A stretch of 63,747 nt of DNA, the filler included, from Choristocarpus tenellus KU-1152 (taxonomy: Eukaryota; Protista; Phaeophyceae), in the NCBI GenBank assembly GCA_964200185.2. It is 14 parts of 14 records of this genome, joined end to end, with 100 filler letters (N's around TTAATTAATTAA, not from the genome) between each part and the next. Parts side by side here need not be neighbours in the genome. Positions count along the whole stretch, not along the records: positions 38,492 to 47,780 come from CAXNAD020003814.1; positions 47,881 to 52,404 come from CAXNAD020014166.1; positions 52,505 to 56,592 come from CAXNAD020016290.1; 11 more parts are not named here. The stretch is one strand, 5' to 3'. The position numbers and the translations under genes were made by a program. Below the pieces are notes generated by a model, which saw nothing but the letters and a program-made list of their open reading frames with translations, searched no databases and had not been told where the DNA came from. Of the stretch, positions 40,201-52,625 are shown in pieces (within the stretch, counting starts at the first letter, position 1; the number at the start of each line of letters is the position of its first letter).

Positions 40201-43200
40201 AGCAGTGTCTCAAAACCAATGTGGTTAATTTTGGCACACTTCACTGGGTTTAATCACCTCTAGTAGGAACTGCTCATCCTCCAGTTGGAGTCTCACTTCG
40301 CCTCTGTCCCTGATGATAGATTTTTACCCACAAACAGGTCAATGCATACCTTTACTTGACTTTTTTTCTTGTTTGCACCTCTCATGCCATGCTTGTAATA
40401 TATATACTACATAGATAATGCAGAGTATTTACAAACTGGTCAAAAACAGCTATCACATTTTTTGTAAGAACAGGTATGCTGACAACAAATAGGACGTGTT
40501 TCTGTGTTGTCTGGTAAGGGAACTTTTGCCAGATATATTAACCACTCAAAATTTAAGTAAAATTTAGCCTTTGTTATCAAAGCTTTCAATGTCCTTTTTT
40601 CTTCTTCCAATTTTATTCAGTCTCATTTTTAAAAAATATATATCTTGGGATCTCACCTGGAAATTGAAGCAATTTCAGGCAAATTGGGTTTCGGGTGGAC
40701 AGAGATTGTTCAGGTAGCATAGCCTTTTTTGAACAATGCCTTCCCCCTGACTGGGTTGATTTTATAATGTCTGCAAATATGGAATAGAAAAGTTCACTGT
40801 TGCTGAGGTGATCTGTAGTACTATCACTGCTTTTATTGAGCAAATGGTGAGTGCCCAACTTCCCCCTTCCGACCCCTTTGGCCCCAAACTATTACTCCTC
40901 TTCAGGTGAAGGAGGCAGAGGAGTGGGCAAAGCAATCTATTGATGCTGATGAAATGGAGGAGGATGAGGATGACTAAGGCGATGGAGAGGGGGGCGGTAT
41001 CAGGGAGTGATATGGGATGATTTATTGGCAGGAGCTTCCTTGTTATGGTGATGACAGTAAGTATTGACAAAAGGGGAATTTGGGGGAGAGGGGGGGCTGA
41101 CACGGCATTTGAGATTCTGCAGTATCTAGTGCTTTTGTTGGAGTCTGTCCCTACTTACATTTCTCGTTAATGCTTATGTAACTGTAGTGCTTGTTTGGAA
41201 GTTTTGAGCAAATGCTGCCATGAAATCCGGAGAGATACGGCCTTGTGTCCTTTCAAGACAGGCAGTTTTTCTGTCAGTTGTTTCATCACACTCCTTGGTT
41301 CTATTTGCTGTGCTGTGATTAAAGTACTTCCATACTTTTTCTGGAAGGTGAAGAATGTTTTTGTTCCCTGCTAACTTAGGATTGTTGTACAGGGTGTACC
41401 TTTGACTTTGTTAAGGTGGTGAGACCCAACACATTTCCTGCAGACTCATAACAGTCACAGAGTCCCATGTCCCCATAACATAGAAGTTTAGCTAGAACAT
41501 CAGCCAATAACAGTTGCTGCCTGGGGTGATAAGTCTTGTGACTCAGCTTCCTGTGACTATTACATAAACTCTGGTGTTGCAGATGTCACTCAATCCATGC
41601 ATGGTCTAATTGAGTCAATATGGTAGTCCCAAGACAAATCAAAGTCAAAGTCGCATTCTTTAGTGCATGATGTCATCATGATGACTCTACGCAGCACAAC
41701 AGTCTCCCCCCCTTCCCCCAAGAAGAGGCAGTTACAGCCTGCACTCTTTTGGTAAGTACTCAACACTGATGGAGAGGAAACTAAGTGCTAGGACTCTGGA
41801 AAAAGTGAGCCATGGCACTGTCAAGCAATTAATCATGTCCTTCAAAAAGCACAATACACTTGGAATCTACAATTCTCCAAATGCAGTACTGAACACAACT
41901 TTTTGCCCCTACTCAAGTTTTTTTCAAGAATCTAAAAAAGTACAAAAATGTGCACTGGTTTGAATAAAAATGATGCAAAGGTTTAGGAGATGCATGGCTA
42001 AAGAGTAGCAATTGCATGTATGGATTGACTTCATTGGTGTGTTGAATATAGCGAGTGAGACACCTTTTCCTGGCAGCATCCACTACCCTGTTCATTTCTT
42101 GTTATTATCACTCTTGGGTAGAGGTCATATTTTCTTCATGCAGGTGCCACAGCATGTGCATACATGAAGACTTATAGTATAGTAAGTGATTATGAGGCTC
42201 AAGAGATGGATTTGTCTTTGGAGGTAGGAATGTTGAGAGTAGAGAGATCAAGCTCTCCCGAGATTTTGGAAAAGGCAGCCCACACGCTCATTGTGTAAGT
42301 TACTATTTTTCTTGGTGTGGATGAAAAATGCCATACTTTTTATTCAATGTTACTATTGTTCTCACAACTTTGGCATTAGCGACTTGAAACGGGGAAAAGA
42401 ATATCCCTCGAGGGATCGAAATTTGATACAAAATATATGAAAAGGCTAGCTTTCGAGTCAGGAACACTCAGTGTATATTGACTTCGTGTCAAAAGCCAAG
42501 CATAGTCTGTTCTTGGCAAGTTGGCATGCTGAGCATCACCTTTTAGATGTACGTCTGGACACCCTTTTTCCCATTAGTGTGGTATATATTTCATCTTATA
42601 TTTGTGGTCTTGGGCATCACAGTTAGGCAAGGTTCCAAGGCTTGTAAGCAGGACGACAATACTCAAGGGAATTGTGATTGAGTACCTAACATTGCTGGTG
42701 ATTAAACCAACACAGAATCAGCTTGTAGTGAGTGTCCGGATTGGGAAAGTAGGTCTCCTTCTCAAATAGAGCAATGCTTCAATAATGTTCTCAGAGTCTT
42801 CATCAATGGCACACATAAGAGTACTGTGGTAATATATACTTCTAAACAAATTTTGCACAAATTGTACTGGTAGATAGAACTGCAAATCTACCTTAGGGCC
42901 CCTTGTTATCACAACAGCTATAACATAGACAAGTACAGCTTGCCCTGCTAAAACAAAGTGATTTGACAGCAAATACCTACTGCAACAGGATTCAAATAAT
43001 GCAATCTAGGCATGTACCCATACAAAGGTGAAATAACATTGAGGGTCTTTGGTGAGGAAAAATTACGAGCAATCAAGTGTAGGCTTACAACATTTTGCAA
43101 CAAGCTGCAAGTGATACTTGAGTTTACTGTAGACGCGAGAACAGGAGGGGAGGGGTGGGGGTTGACAGTGAGGGTGAATGCTCTTGACACTTTTCAGTGA

Positions 43201-43673
43201 GAGATAAATGAGCAAGCAAATTTTGAACATCATGGTGGGCAAACTAAATAAAGTGTTCTATATATATGCACTTTCTGAAGTGCAGAAGAGGCCATTGTAA
43301 TGCTCAAGATTCCCAAACTAAAATGCAATTATTTGAGACACACCAAACCAATAAACATGAACACACAGGACAACATATTGTATCATTTGTTGGTAACAGA
43401 TACATGCACATACCCTCAACAAATCGCCATTATTTTTGACACAACATGGAAGACAACCACACCAGTGCATCAGAAATTAAGTTCTATCAGGGGTCATTGC
43501 AAGACCAGAAGAACAGCCATTTGCAATATAATGTAACACACACACATTCCACTTCAATGCCGTTGCCATTCACGCACCTCCTTTGGTATAGTCTTAGTGG
43601 GAAGTGATTCATACATGCACCCCCACTTCAATATCGTCCTTTGGTGTTGTGGTGACTGAACACCATCAATAGG

Positions 43674-46600
43674 TCAGGCGCTACGATGAGGAGTAATACG
43701 ACTGGGCAGTGGCACATTAACAGAATTGACCCACAAGTTGGCAGCTCCAGCTAAGTACCGCACACCACAGTACTCAAGCACCGGAAAGTTCAAGCCAAAC
43801 ACCTCAAGCGGCTGAAGGCAGACTCCACACAACTCTGTCCCGGAAGGTGCCTCGAGGCACAACTTCCTAATCTCCTCCACTGTTGGAATTGTTGTCATCA
43901 TCCCTTCCATCCCAGATTCTGAACCACAGGCCACACTCTTGGTCTTCCTGGCTGCAGACGCTGTACAGAACACTTCGGCATTATCAATTGGTACAGGATG
44001 GCTTCGACGAAGCTCGTCCCTTCTTTGTTCAAACTCCGCCCACTTCTCTTCCAGTTCACCCATGCCTTTCACCCCACCATCCACAAGAGCATCAATTGCA
44101 GACGCCTCCAATAATCTGGAGACCCTCACTGCCTCTCGTAGGCCCCGTTCAAATGAAGTAAAACCCACTGAACGAGAAACCTCTAATCCAACATCTCGTG
44201 GTGTAGGCACACCACCGGTGGTTGTTTCAACAGGGGCAACAACCGAAGGATGTGTAAGATTCAGTGGATCAACCACCTGTGCCCGTCGTCCATCAAGAGC
44301 CGCAACCCCTGCTTCCACCAGCCTTGTCACATATAACACAATGGTCTCCCAATCAATGAGGCTTGGGGGTTGCTTATTTCCCATCTCCATTCCCATCCCT
44401 AGCCCTAAACCTAACCCCAATCCAGTCCCAATCTGAAATTCCTGTTCCCTGGTCCCCCTTACTGACTCCACACCCTCCTCTACTGAGGAGGAGGATGACA
44501 ACTGCGACCTCAATGCAAAAGAGAGGAAAATACTTCGACGTCCTGCACGCTGACGCTGCAACGCATTCCTCAAAGCCGGCCCACCTCCTGCACCGCTCGC
44601 CTCCTCCTCCACACCCAACTGACCATCCACAAGTCGCATGCGAAATTTTTCACCCTGGAGGGGGTCCATGGATGACACCCGATCAGCCATCTCTGACAAA
44701 GTCTCCGCAGGCGCCTTGGTTACCATTCCCCGCCAACGTACCACTTTCTTTTCACTGTCAGCTTGGCCCCCACAGTCAACACTTTGCCCAAGCTGGTCTA
44801 CGTCTTGACCCTCCTCTTTTTGTATTGTCCCAGCCACTTCCAGGGATCCTGGGCCATTCAACCTATCGTTTCGGCTGTTCAACCCACTACTGTCTCCCTC
44901 AGGTGAAACACTTGGACCTGCTGGAGAAAAGGTTGTCAAAGGTAGCTCCATTTCGGTCTGTACCTCTAGAGCCTCCTCAAGAAAACCTCGAGATGACAGC
45001 ACGTCACGAAGCTCTCTCAACGACAGAAGCACTACCGGCTTATCGGCATATCCATCACCTGATGAAAGGACCCCTTCGCCTTCTCCTCCATCTCGGCACA
45101 TCCCTTCATTGTCCCCATGGGTAACACTCTCTGCATCAAACACACCTCTCACTGCCATGAAGTCATCACGAGGAGGAGGAGGAGGAGGATGAGAAGGCGG
45201 GCTTATCTCTGCAAAAGGATCACCATCATCTTCTTCACCCTTCAGTAGAGGCAGAGGGACAGACATCAGCGATGACGCTGACCTCTCCCTCTCTGGCAAC
45301 TGTTGTGGTAACTTCAGCTCGGATTGGGCAGCTGAATCACCTCCATCCACATCGAAGATACGTGACATTGGTGCCTCAGTCGTATCAGTGGTGGCATTAT
45401 CATCGGCTATGGCACTGACCCCGTTGACGCCTCCGTCTGTAAACTCTCCCCACTCGTCAGTACTATCCTGAGTTGACTCTGCCAAGCTTGTCACCAACGA
45501 GGAGGCATCCACATTGGTATGACCAGTCTGTACTCCCATCTGCCCTTCCCCTACCTTGCTCTCACTAGCATCCTCAAAATCTCCCCACTCATCGTTGTCG
45601 TCACCAATCTCCTCAAGGGTAACTATACCAGGTAGTGGAGGTGTTCTTGTTGATATCGGTTGTGCTGTCAACCCAACAACTGAGGGTCTAGTTGCAACAA
45701 TAGAAGCGGCAGCAGCCGCTGCAGCAGCTGCAGCACCACCACCACCACCAGGCACAACAGAAGGAGGAGATCCTTCGTGCTCAAGAGTCAAGTCGCATCT
45801 TGCAGCTCTCTCTGCTACCTCAAAAAAAGCACCATGGTCAACTGCAGTGTCATCACCACCATCACAGATCCCAACACGAGCAAAGTCAACCTGATAATTC
45901 ATCGGCAATAATAGTTTCATGTAGTAAGAACAGACTTCGCAACTTCAAGTTGAACAGCAGTGGTTTTCATTTTGGTCTTTTGGGGGAGCAGGTTATCAAT
46001 TAAAGATGCTAAAAAAATCCCTAGCTTCCACCTACTAAGAAACTGGTATGAAAATGGGAGACGTTCACCAATAACTGTTTAAGAAAGCAGTTTGACAAAA
46101 TACCAACATTCTTGTCAAGATTGTACTTTAAATTCATGTGGGAAAATACTATGGAAGCAATCTGTCGTCGGATAATTAGAGAGTTGTTGGATAACTGGAT
46201 AGTTGATGGTACTCTTTCTGTTGAGTGACTAAGAGAACAATATCCGGGTTATTGCAGTATCATCATAAGAATGCTAGAAAAGGAATGTTACAGCGAGTAA
46301 TATATATTGATTGATGAGTTATTTGTGATCAGGGATGACTGAAAGGTCTACTACCTCCCCCCCGCTTGTATGGTGTTTCTCACTCCAACTTTCTACCTAC
46401 TAGAGCATAACTGAGAAGAAACTAATCCGCACATTCCAACATCAAGACCTGGGACCCTACACATTCTTTAACAATTCTCAAAGCCATTATCATACCATAC
46501 TAGACCGCCAATTCAACCACAACCTGTCCTCACTAATGCCCTGCAGGACAACAACTTCGACGCCCATACTACAAATACTATAATCACTACTATATGTGCT

Positions 46601-47666
46601 CACCTGGTCAACTCTGCGATCGCCCCTTTGGTCGGAAATCATAACTCCCAGAGCAGCCTCATCCTTAACTGCTGCAGGAAGCACATCCTCGGAGTGCACT
46701 CGAGGCGGGGATGGGGGGGGGAAAGCTGGGGGCAGCGGAGCGGTGGTTTCGTCTACAAAATCGTGCCAGTCCTCTTGGTCTGCCGCTACATCCAAATCTG
46801 CCAAGGCGTCAAAAACTGAAAGTCTGTTCTTCACATCGCCTTCCATAGACCTGGGAAAAAGAATTAAAATAAGTAAAAACGGTTTTGCTTTGGCTGGCAT
46901 ACTACTTTCGGTACGATGGTGGAAAGGTCTCTGCAGTTTTATTGAGTGTCAAAAAAAAAGAGAAAAGAGCAATTCCCCCTTAACAAAAGTATGAGGCATT
47001 GGGGTTGTGTTTTTTTTATAGTGTGAAGTAGAATAACTGTATAAAACAAGTTCAAATAAAAGTAAAACGAACAAGCCTTCTATTTTATATGTTGACTTGA
47101 AATGAACCCCCAACCCTCAACTTATCCCTAACCCTAACCCCAAAGCAGGTTGGAAAAGAAAAACTATCCATTCAGTCCATTAGTCCCTATTTCTATTAGG
47201 AAAAGCAACATTGACAAGGAAGCTACGTTTTTGAACATACCTAGCAGGGGCAGGTGCTTTTTCATATGTAAGACAATGTAACTTCTAAATACCCTCACCA
47301 ACAAAAACAAACAGTAGCGTATTACAATCCTTCAAAATAATATCTAGGATGGACACAATTTGTATTCACCCAAAGTAGAACAAAACATGAAGTAGCACAC
47401 AATGAAAAGACTTATATTACATATATCGTGCACCAGTGTTCTTAAACAAAGACTACTTACTGCCCATAACAATGACATCTATTATTGATGCAATCTCTTG
47501 CTCGCATTCAATTGTAAAGCACACTCTTGTTTTTTTAATGGAGAACAGTAATATGATTATTACTTCAAACTGCATACTGTATATATATTTTTTTTATCAT
47601 AAAGGTGGCTTACCTGTCCACCATGACCGGAGGATGAGGGGCTCCCAGAAGAGAAGGCGCACTTTG
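43674..47666 (-). CDS. Synergin-gamma-like clathrin-adaptor accessory protein, C-terminal part; exons 47666-47614, 46850-46604, 45890-43674 (stop)
   Basis: Exons splice in frame (phases 2,0). Acidic DWHDF, DEWGDFEDA, DEWGEFTD and GDPF motifs (adaptor-ear binding types). C-terminus GLREAVRVSRLLE...LCGVCLQPL...LEYCGVRYLAGAANLWVNSV..PLP resembles the synergin-gamma C-terminal domain as recalled (GVVEVYRV...CGVCLL...LAYGGHQYHASCANFWINCV). Confidence 0.8.
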
Positions 47667-49388
47667 CTAAGAAAAAAAACATACATGAGAGGCAATAGTA
47701 GTCAGAGCAAAGATTCGGTGATCGGAAGGAGCGGGGGGGGGGGGGGGGGGGGGGAAAAGGGGGGGGGGGGGGGGGGGGGGNNNNNNNNNNNNNNNNNNNN
47801 NNNNNNNNNNNNNNNNNNNNNNNNTTAATTAATTAANNNNNNNNNNNNNNNNNNNNNNNNNNNNNNNNNNNNNNNNNNNNCCTTGCCTGAGTGAACCACG
47901 CCGCCACAGAATCACATGATTCACAGAAATAGGTGTAGTAACCTGAGTGTTGACAAGGATAGAAAAGAAGAAAGGAGGGTAGATGAAAAATGAAAGACGG
48001 GATGGCTGGGAGGCAAATCATATGATCGAGAAGTTTACGGGAAATGAGGGGTGGTGGTGGAGAATGAATGGTGGCAGAAAGGACTGGGACAGAATAAAAG
48101 GTAAAAGTCAAGGGTGGAGTAGGAGGACAAGAAGGGGCAAGATCAAGGCAACCTCCGAGAAATCTTTCCCACTCATCCACCCTCTTGATTACTCACAACT
48201 GGGGGGGGAGATACATACATGTAGTATGTTGTATGTATGTGTTGGCGTTGTAAGGGTGTTGAACTGGATGCTCTTTTGCGGTGAGTTGAAGAGGGGACAG
48301 GTCGAGAGCAGAAAACAGGAAATAGCAGTCCAGAAGCCCAAAGTTCAAATCATTTGTTCACCAGATATTATGTAAGCATCAAACCACCAACCCCGCTCAG
48401 ATGAAAACAAAATCTGAAATAACGGTTGGCCCACCCAAACCCTGATCGTAGGTCATGATAATATATAGTCCTTCACATGATAATTGGCCCTTCACTATAA
48501 TCGTTAGAAGCCTACAATGTATGTTCACGAATGTTGGGACCTCTTCATTATTTTTTTGCTCACCAGTATCAAATTTGATCTTCAAATAATGTGAAAAATG
48601 AGTCAAACCCACTGAGTGGTAGGCAGGGTTGCATTTAAGGGATCCCGAGAAAGAGCAAAAGGATGCCGTTTTGCATAATAATTGCTAAAAGAGCCTTTGC
48701 CAAAAAATTTGTTGCAACACTGCATGTGGAAAGGAGGGATATCAGTTTTGTGTGCAACATTGTGCACATAAAGCAATGAAATAGAGTGCATTGCACAAGG
48801 TAAGATGACTAGGGATGCAAAAGGGTTCGAACCTGCCTACCTTTCAATTCGTTTGGCTCATATATCTATATACATATAGATAGATATGCTTTACCAGTGC
48901 ATAGACATCCACAAGTTAAGAACATTTGTACATTTATCAATTGTGCGTCGACAAACGGTCTTAAACAACAGAAAAATGGGACAAAAGGCACACATAAAAA
49001 AATCCAACTTAGTAAAGGAGACACAGTTGTCAACAACTTCGAAAGAAGCATGTACCCCGGAAAGCCTTCGAATAATCCAGAAACTATGGATTTCTGTTGA
49101 GCAGGACATCGGAGGTCAGCAGAGTAGTGCAATGCCATGCATTTTCCCCCGGTGCAACGAATTCCATATAAATCATCAACAGTTTCATTCCTAGCCATAT
49201 CATACTGCCGACTAAAACCAAACTCAACTTAAAACACTGCTTGTTAAATGAGGCGAAACAGTACCATATCACATCTATCGATAGCAGCACCTGCTTCGGC
49301 ACAACCTCACATCCCTCCACCTAACCCTGCCGTACAACACAATGAGACACCTACAGCCACTATACAACAAGGTACACCATCACCAACT

Positions 49389-52167
49389 TCATATCATCTC
49401 AACCTGTGAGAAGTCATTTGAATCTACTGCGGGGCTCCAAGCTCCCTGCCCCCTACGGCCCCCATTTGACCCACGCGACCAGTAAGGTGACTGGCTCTCA
49501 TCTCCTTTCCCAGTAACCTTTGCACCTAGACCACCTTCCCTACCCCCCACCACTGAGCTACTCCCCACCCCAGCCGAGCTCCTGCCCTCAATCATGGGCT
49601 CATACGAAAACCTTCGAGAAAACCTGACTGCTGTGAAGGAGCCCACAAAAACACCAATAACAAAAAGAGCCACTCCAACACCTAGCACAGAGTGACCCAG
49701 CCCCACAGAATCATTGCCACCAACAACACCAATACCACCCAATGATGAATTTGCTGGGGTAGGTGTCGGACTCAGACTTTCCTCCCCTGTCCCACAACCT
49801 GTAGCTCCTGTGTCTAATGAAGGAGATGGGGACATCATTGCAGTGGACAACATAGTTGGTGGCGGCGTTGACTCCACTTGGGTCGAGCAGTGAAGTGTCG
49901 TGTCCTGGAGGACCTCGGCAAACTCCGTCGCATCGAAGAATGCCTTAATTGGGCACACATCTGAAAGGAAGGTTGATCAGTAGAGGATTTGGGGGCAGAC
50001 AAAAGTCACGACTATTAGACCTTCAATATATTAGTTGTAGATAAAAAAAAAGTTTGAGAGCTGAGGCGGGTCTGGGGTTAAGGTAAGCAAAGGCAGGGTA
50101 GGGTGGGAGAGGGCGATCAAGTGAGAGGAGGCCTGGTCTACTCAGGTCAAAGATTGGTAGGCGTTGGCAAACACAGGACTACCGCAAAGTAGAACCCAGG
50201 GTCTTCCTATGCAACCTATAGTCAGGGTAGGGCAAGGGTTCATCACAAGCACTGAACACAAAAGGCTAATATCTTCACTTGGCAATTGTTGCACACTACT
50301 CTGCATGTTCAACCCATGGGACTGCCCCAGTACTATCACACAACCAACCCATAAATACCACAACGTTGATCCCAGCCTACAGATGCCACATGCCCTTCCC
50401 TCTATACCCCCACCACACCAGCACGAATCACTCAGGGCCTACCTCTCACCAGCAAACATGACAGTAACTCTCTGCACACAACTTGGCAGACCAGAACAAA
50501 GAACAAGCAATCAATGTTGCAGTCGCTCAACCTTGACCCACCCTTTTCCCTCACAACTGACAAGCAAAACAAACAACAGAGAGCATACTTCAATGGTCCA
50601 ACGACCCTAGAGGTGCTCCACATGAAATAGTCACCAAGTATACCCGACAGGCATACTCTGCTAAGTCACTCCTCACAGGTACAGACCATGAAAGACAGAT
50701 GCCTCACTGTACAAGTAAACAATAGGCCAAGTGATGGCACTATGTAGCACACGCAAAGCACAAGCATAGAGACACCTCACACACCTTCATTACACCCATG
50801 CAAACGCAGCACCTTGCCGTTATACACCACCCGGAAATAGTGAACTGTGTCCGTCTCACTGTCATCATCAGCAGCTTCATCCCCTCCCACCCCTACTCTC
50901 AGCAGTTCAATTGCAAGGAGGCTGGCATACCGAGCCCACTTTGCATCCCAGGCCTCAGGAGCTATAGCCGCCAAAAAAGGCATCAAGGTATCGTCATGAC
51001 CTGAATATAGGACGAACTGATGTGGCGACGATCCATTCATTGCTGCCTGCAAGCGAGTTCGCACCTGTAGCATGAGAAGGATGATGGGTGAAGTTGATAA
51101 CAGAGTGGCAGGCACAGGACAGGACCAGGTCTCTGCACAATAAAAGTTTAGGGTGGGGGGGATGCGCAGCTTGCCATTCAGCAGCAAAAACTTCCAGTAC
51201 ATGTGACTATGTGAGATATATGCTTTAAAGTAGTTGCTGGGAGGCCAAGATAGTTGGAGCAGGGTGAGGGGGAGGGTTATGTTTGGAAAAACTCTGAAGA
51301 GGCGGACTAAGATCTGGGCTCCATCCAAGGAGTGGCCTTAAAAATATTGTAGAGATATAGAAAAGAACAAAGTGAAGCAACTGAGCTCTGAAGCTAATCT
51401 CACTCTACTTCATTACAGTGAAAAAAGTGCTCCGATATCACATACTTCAATCCTTTCTGAAGACAATGGACATTTTCTACAGTATGGCAATCTGATCTAC
51501 ATGAGGCACTGTTTACATAAGGTAACACACTCAATGCCAAATGCCAAATGCCAAATGATTACCTGGACATGGCATCATGACCTCAGAAGGCTCCCTCTCA
51601 GTCCAAACACATCAATCTCCAGCAAGGAGAGAGGGGAGGGGGGAGGAAGAAGACACCCATACTTGAAACTGCACCACTAGCATACATAAATCCAACCCTA
51701 TTTTAATTAACCAAATATAGATTACACGATGAGAGGTAACATATCTGCCTTATCACCCACAAAGGTAGAGCGTAGGGGTGGAGACTAGCAACTCGCTATC
51801 CTTGTACTCCCATCTAAACTAAAGAGCCCTCTGCTTTCAATTCCCATCAACCACTGCCATAGCATTGATCGATTGATTAACTAATTAACTAACGCACACT
51901 AGAGTTGAAAAGTGGAGTAGAAAAAAATCACATAAAATTATCTTAATCAAAACAGATATGCTACATAGTTGCAAAAAATACATACAGTTCAAAATTACAC
52001 AATACATATGCACACATGCACCCAACTTGCTACTGATACCCCCCATACCTCCAATACAAGCTGAGCCATGGCCAACTTGGCGTACGCACTATCATTGTAC
52101 AGGTATACATAGGTGGCCATCCATGTCGTCAGCTCTGTTGCATCCTGAAATATTTCCTCAGTCATGT
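49389..52167 (-). CDS. Histidine acid phosphatase (clade 2), C-terminal part with transmembrane anchor; exons 52167-52049, 51064-50785, 49960-49389 (stop)
   Basis: FVLYSGHDDTLMPFLAAI (HD catalytic motif), YASLLAIEL and FRVVYNG...LHGCNE/DVCPIKAF, then an S/T/P stalk, TM helix VLGVGVALFVIGVFVGSFTAV and a short tail. Exons join in frame (phases 0,1). Confidence 0.9.
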
Positions 52168-52625
52168 CTGTGTATGATCTTTTAGAGGTCAAGGACAAAC
52201 CTTGGCTACAAATGGCTGGATTTGACTAAAAGATTGTCATGTACGTTGCAGAATGCTCATGATCTAATTAATCAAACTATAATGAATCAAACTCATGGTT
52301 GGCCCGTTTAACATCAGCTAAAACTAAAGAAGGATGGCCATCAATCACCACCCCACCAATCACCAAAAGTTGACGGCAGGTAGGTTTCATCTGTGGGAGG
52401 GGTGNNNNNNNNNNNNNNNNNNNNNNNNNNNNNNNNNNNNNNNNNNNNTTAATTAATTAANNNNNNNNNNNNNNNNNNNNNNNNNNNNNNNNNNNNNNNN
52501 NNNNCCCCCCCCCCCCCCCCCATCTGTCCAACCCCATAACCCTACCCACTATAGCAGAGCTCTATAAAACAGATAATGAATACTTTTATTTATTTTTTCA
52601 AAGTGATTGACACCTGTTCCCTTAC

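Noticed and set aside
43883-45894. Plus-strand ORFs (92, 165, 253 and 112 aa)
   Set aside because: Antisense shadows of the long minus-strand synergin-like exon.
48815-48845. tRNA gene suggested by B-box-like GGGTTCGAACC
   Set aside because: No cloverleaf or A-box spacing evident; at most a SINE remnant.
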